Of a DNA stretch of 64,000 nucleotides, positions 61,906 through 64,000 are shown one piece after another. Both the position numbers and the translations under genes were made by a program. How positions within the stretch are numbered: the first letter of the stretch is position 1; every line of letters starts with the position of its first letter. Source of the stretch: Candidatus Bathyarchaeota archaeon (lineage in GTDB: Archaea > Thermoproteota > Bathyarchaeia > Bathyarchaeales > Bathycorpusculaceae). Where the stretch lies: contig CAVTBV010000012.1 in NCBI GenBank assembly GCA_963733095.1, positions 192,001 through 256,000 of the forward strand, in the 5' to 3' direction. The notes below the pieces were generated by a model. It was not told the origin of the DNA. It did no database searches and was given only the letters and a program-made list of their open reading frames with translations.

Positions 61906-62604
61906 ATGGTTAAAATCCCGACAGGTAGCAAATGCATCGACACAAACATCGGCGGAGGTATCTCACCTGAAACGGTCACGTTGATTTACGGTGAGCCTGA
62001 AAGTGGAAAATCAACACTTGCCATGCAGTGCGCTGTCAACTGCGCCGTCCAAAACTTCAAGGTGCTTTTTGTTGACTGTGACAACACTTTCTATGCTAAG
62101 AGGCTATCTCAGGTTTCAGGCGACCGCTTCGATGAGGTTGCTGAACGAATAATTTTAGTTAAACCAAAGGATTTCTGTGAGCAAACAGCACTCGTGGACC
62201 AAATCCAAGACTACACAAGCAACGTCGGTTTAGTCATCATCGACACTTTCACCTCGCTCTACGGCGCTAAAGTCTGTGAATCATCCGGCAAAGCCAAAGC
62301 ATTCGGCGTTAACCGCGAATTGAACAGGCAGTTGGCGATTTTGGCGCAGATCACAAAAATCCAGAAAATCCCAATTATAATAACAAGCCAAGTACGAAGC
62401 GTCTTCAACGACCAGAGCACAAGCGTTAGACCTGTCGCGACTAGGGTTTTGAAGTTCTGGGCAGACACTATAATCGCCCTAAAACCCACCCAGATTCCCC
62501 AAACAATCAAGGCCACGCTGGAGAAGGCACGGGAAATCCAAGCGGAAACAACATGTTATGTACAAATAGGAGAAAAGGGAATACAGGATACACAATTCCA
62601 ATGA
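61906..62604 (+). CDS. radB: DNA repair protein RadB
   Basis: IPTGSKCID..IGGG, GEPESGKST, LVIID, ITSQVR; short, without the RadA N-terminal domain. Confidence 0.88.
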   Translation: MVKIPTGSKCIDTNIGGGISPETVTLIYGEPESGKSTLAMQCAVNCAVQNFKVLFVDCDNTFYAKRLSQVSGDRFDEVAERIILVKPKDFCEQTALVDQIQDYTSNVGLVIIDTFTSLYGAKVCESSGKAKAFGVNRELNRQLAILAQITKIQKIPIIITSQVRSVFNDQSTSVRPVATRVLKFWADTIIALKPTQIPQTIKATLEKAREIQAETTCYVQIGEKGIQDTQFQ

Positions 62605-62611
62605 CTAATGG

Positions 62612-63148
62612 TTGAACCCGATGGATATAGCTCTGCTGATAGTTGAAGTGATAAAGTTTATTTTCCCAGCCTACTGTGCCAACGCTACACCTGTGCTTGC
62701 TGGAGGTGGAACAAAGATGGATTTCGGCAGAAACTTTGCAGATGGCAAACGCATCTTTGGCAACAACAAAACTTTCCGAGGTTTCTTTTTCGGCTGGGGC
62801 GTCGGCATCGGTGTCGGGTTAGCAGAGGGCTTAGCTTTTGGTTTTCAAAGTTTTCCAGTTCTTTTCAGTTTGCTTATTCCTCTGGGTGCCCTTTTGGGCG
62901 ATTTGACGGGTGCTTTCATAAAACGCAGAATCGACATCGCACCAGGCGGTTTACTACCTATCGTTGACCAAATCGACTTTGTTGTGGGCGCGGTTGTGTT
63001 TTCGCTACCTTTAGCATTGACGGGTTGGCAACTGGGAGTGACACCGTTCTGGCAGATAGCAATCACAGCATTATTGATTACTCCACCTATCCATTTGTTC
63101 ACTAACTTCTTAGCCTACAAAATGAAGCTGAAGAAAAATCCATGGTAA
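62612..63148 (+). CDS. carS: CDP-archaeol synthase
   Basis: PAYCANATP, DGKRIFGNNKT, GDLTGAFIKRR, DQIDF, KKNPW. Confidence 0.93.
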   Translation: MNPMDIALLIVEVIKFIFPAYCANATPVLAGGGTKMDFGRNFADGKRIFGNNKTFRGFFFGWGVGIGVGLAEGLAFGFQSFPVLFSLLIPLGALLGDLTGAFIKRRIDIAPGGLLPIVDQIDFVVGAVVFSLPLALTGWQLGVTPFWQIAITALLITPPIHLFTNFLAYKMKLKKNPW

Positions 63149-63200
63149 AATTAAAACATAGCAAAAATTTAAAAATGAAGAAAAATTTAGCGGTAAAAAA

Positions 63201-63656
63201 TTATTGTCCGCCACTTGCCTTGAAAGATATTGAGCCTTCCAAGAATATGTAAGATAACAGTAAGAACGTAACGCCTATGACTAACAGCATGTATGCTTGG
63301 CGTGGTTTATACGCGCTCTTTGTGCTCTGGTAAATAGCCAATAACCCAACGAAACCCAATGAATAGAGAATGACTGAAATTATAGTGTCTGAGATAAATT
63401 GATGGCTTATGTCGGGGTACAGGAAGTAAAAACGATTATTAACGTATGCTGAGGGTTGGTGAGCTGCGGCGTCGGGTCCGATGAGAGTATAGAGGCCTCC
63501 GCCGAAGAGAAAGATTGCATAGGCTAAACCCACAGTAGTAATTATGAATGCTGTAGGAGCGTTTGTGGTGATTTTGCGGAACCATCGGCTAAGCGAAAAC
63601 GACATGGATGAAGAACTTTTCTTTAGTTTACTTGTCATCTTTGGTCTCATCCTCAA
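63201..63656 (-). CDS. Membrane protein resembling the OST3/OST6 C-terminal TM region
   Basis: GGGLYTLI...HQFISDTIISVILY; three TM helices. Confidence 0.5.
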   Translation of the reverse strand: MRMRPKMTSKLKKSSSSMSFSLSRWFRKITTNAPTAFIITTVGLAYAIFLFGGGLYTLIGPDAAAHQPSAYVNNRFYFLYPDISHQFISDTIISVILYSLGFVGLLAIYQSTKSAYKPRQAYMLLVIGVTFLLLSYIFLEGSISFKASGGQ

Positions 63657-63852
63657 TTAGGTACTTTGCTACATCTTTAGCCCATACTCCAGTTAATGAA
63701 TTTTTCTGAATCTCCACCAAATACTCCATCCAAGAAAACTCAGAGGCAGCACTCCATACCTCGAATTTCTCAAGCACATTGACGTAAGCCTGCAAATGCA
63801 ACTGGCAAAAACCATTCTTTTCTTCTTGCCTGCTACAAATTTTGCAAGTCAC
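63628..63852 (-). CDS. Small Zn-binding protein downstream of topA
   Basis: CKICSR...FCQLH; coupled to the upstream stop by GTGA overlap. Confidence 0.65.
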   Translation of the reverse strand: MTCKICSRQEEKNGFCQLHLQAYVNVLEKFEVWSAASEFSWMEYLVEIQKNSLTGVWAKDVAKYLIEDETKDDK

Positions 63853-64000
63853 AGCTTAAGCGCTCCTTTGGTTGGGCAACTCGGACTTAGGCAAAGTTTC
63901 CAAGGTCGCCTACCCCGCAGATAAACGGCTATTACTGGTGAGCCACAGCTTTTGCAAACATTACTCAAGGGTTTAACCGTGCCAGTCTGCGGCAACGGAA
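63849..64000 (-). CDS. topA: C-terminal C4 zinc finger of probable DNA topoisomerase IA (partial)
   Basis: PLPQTG...CKSCGSP...PWKLCLSPSCP*. Confidence 0.65.
   Translation of the reverse strand, partial: PLPQTGTVKPLSNVCKSCGSPVIAVYLRGRRPWKLCLSPSCPTKGALKL

Overview
Archaeal chromosome segment. Gene content suggests Bathyarchaeia or a related TACK lineage (inferred from PQQ-like beta-propeller surface proteins ending in RKRP, a split glutamate synthase, and roadblock proteins). Positions 1-38.7 kb are mostly housekeeping: surface proteins, an Lrp pair, a multi-PAS two-component system, a glutamate synthase operon, tRNA-Glu, thermosome, the S13-S4-S11-RpoD-L18e-L13-S9-RpoN operon and the proteasome/exosome operon. 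An Acinetobacter-type MtlD fusion sits between the last two operons. About 39-58.1 kb is an accessory island carrying surface proteins, a frameshifted type ISP-like R-M enzyme and a divergent tyrosine-recombinase module. The standout is a 5.8 kb element nested in this island (48141-53929). It is bounded by long imperfect terminal inverted repeats that start GGG(G)AT and are built from microsatellite blocks. It encodes a solo Cas1 with intact catalytic motifs but no CRISPR array, Cas2 or PolB. It also carries a divergent HTH/RHH switch, a small AEP primase-like protein, a basic protein, a HEPN-like protein and a surface protein. This looks like a PolB-less casposon-like element. Housekeeping genes resume at 58.2 kb (XPD, Clp1, RadB, CarS, topA end). 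All calls are by eye from motifs; no database searches were run.
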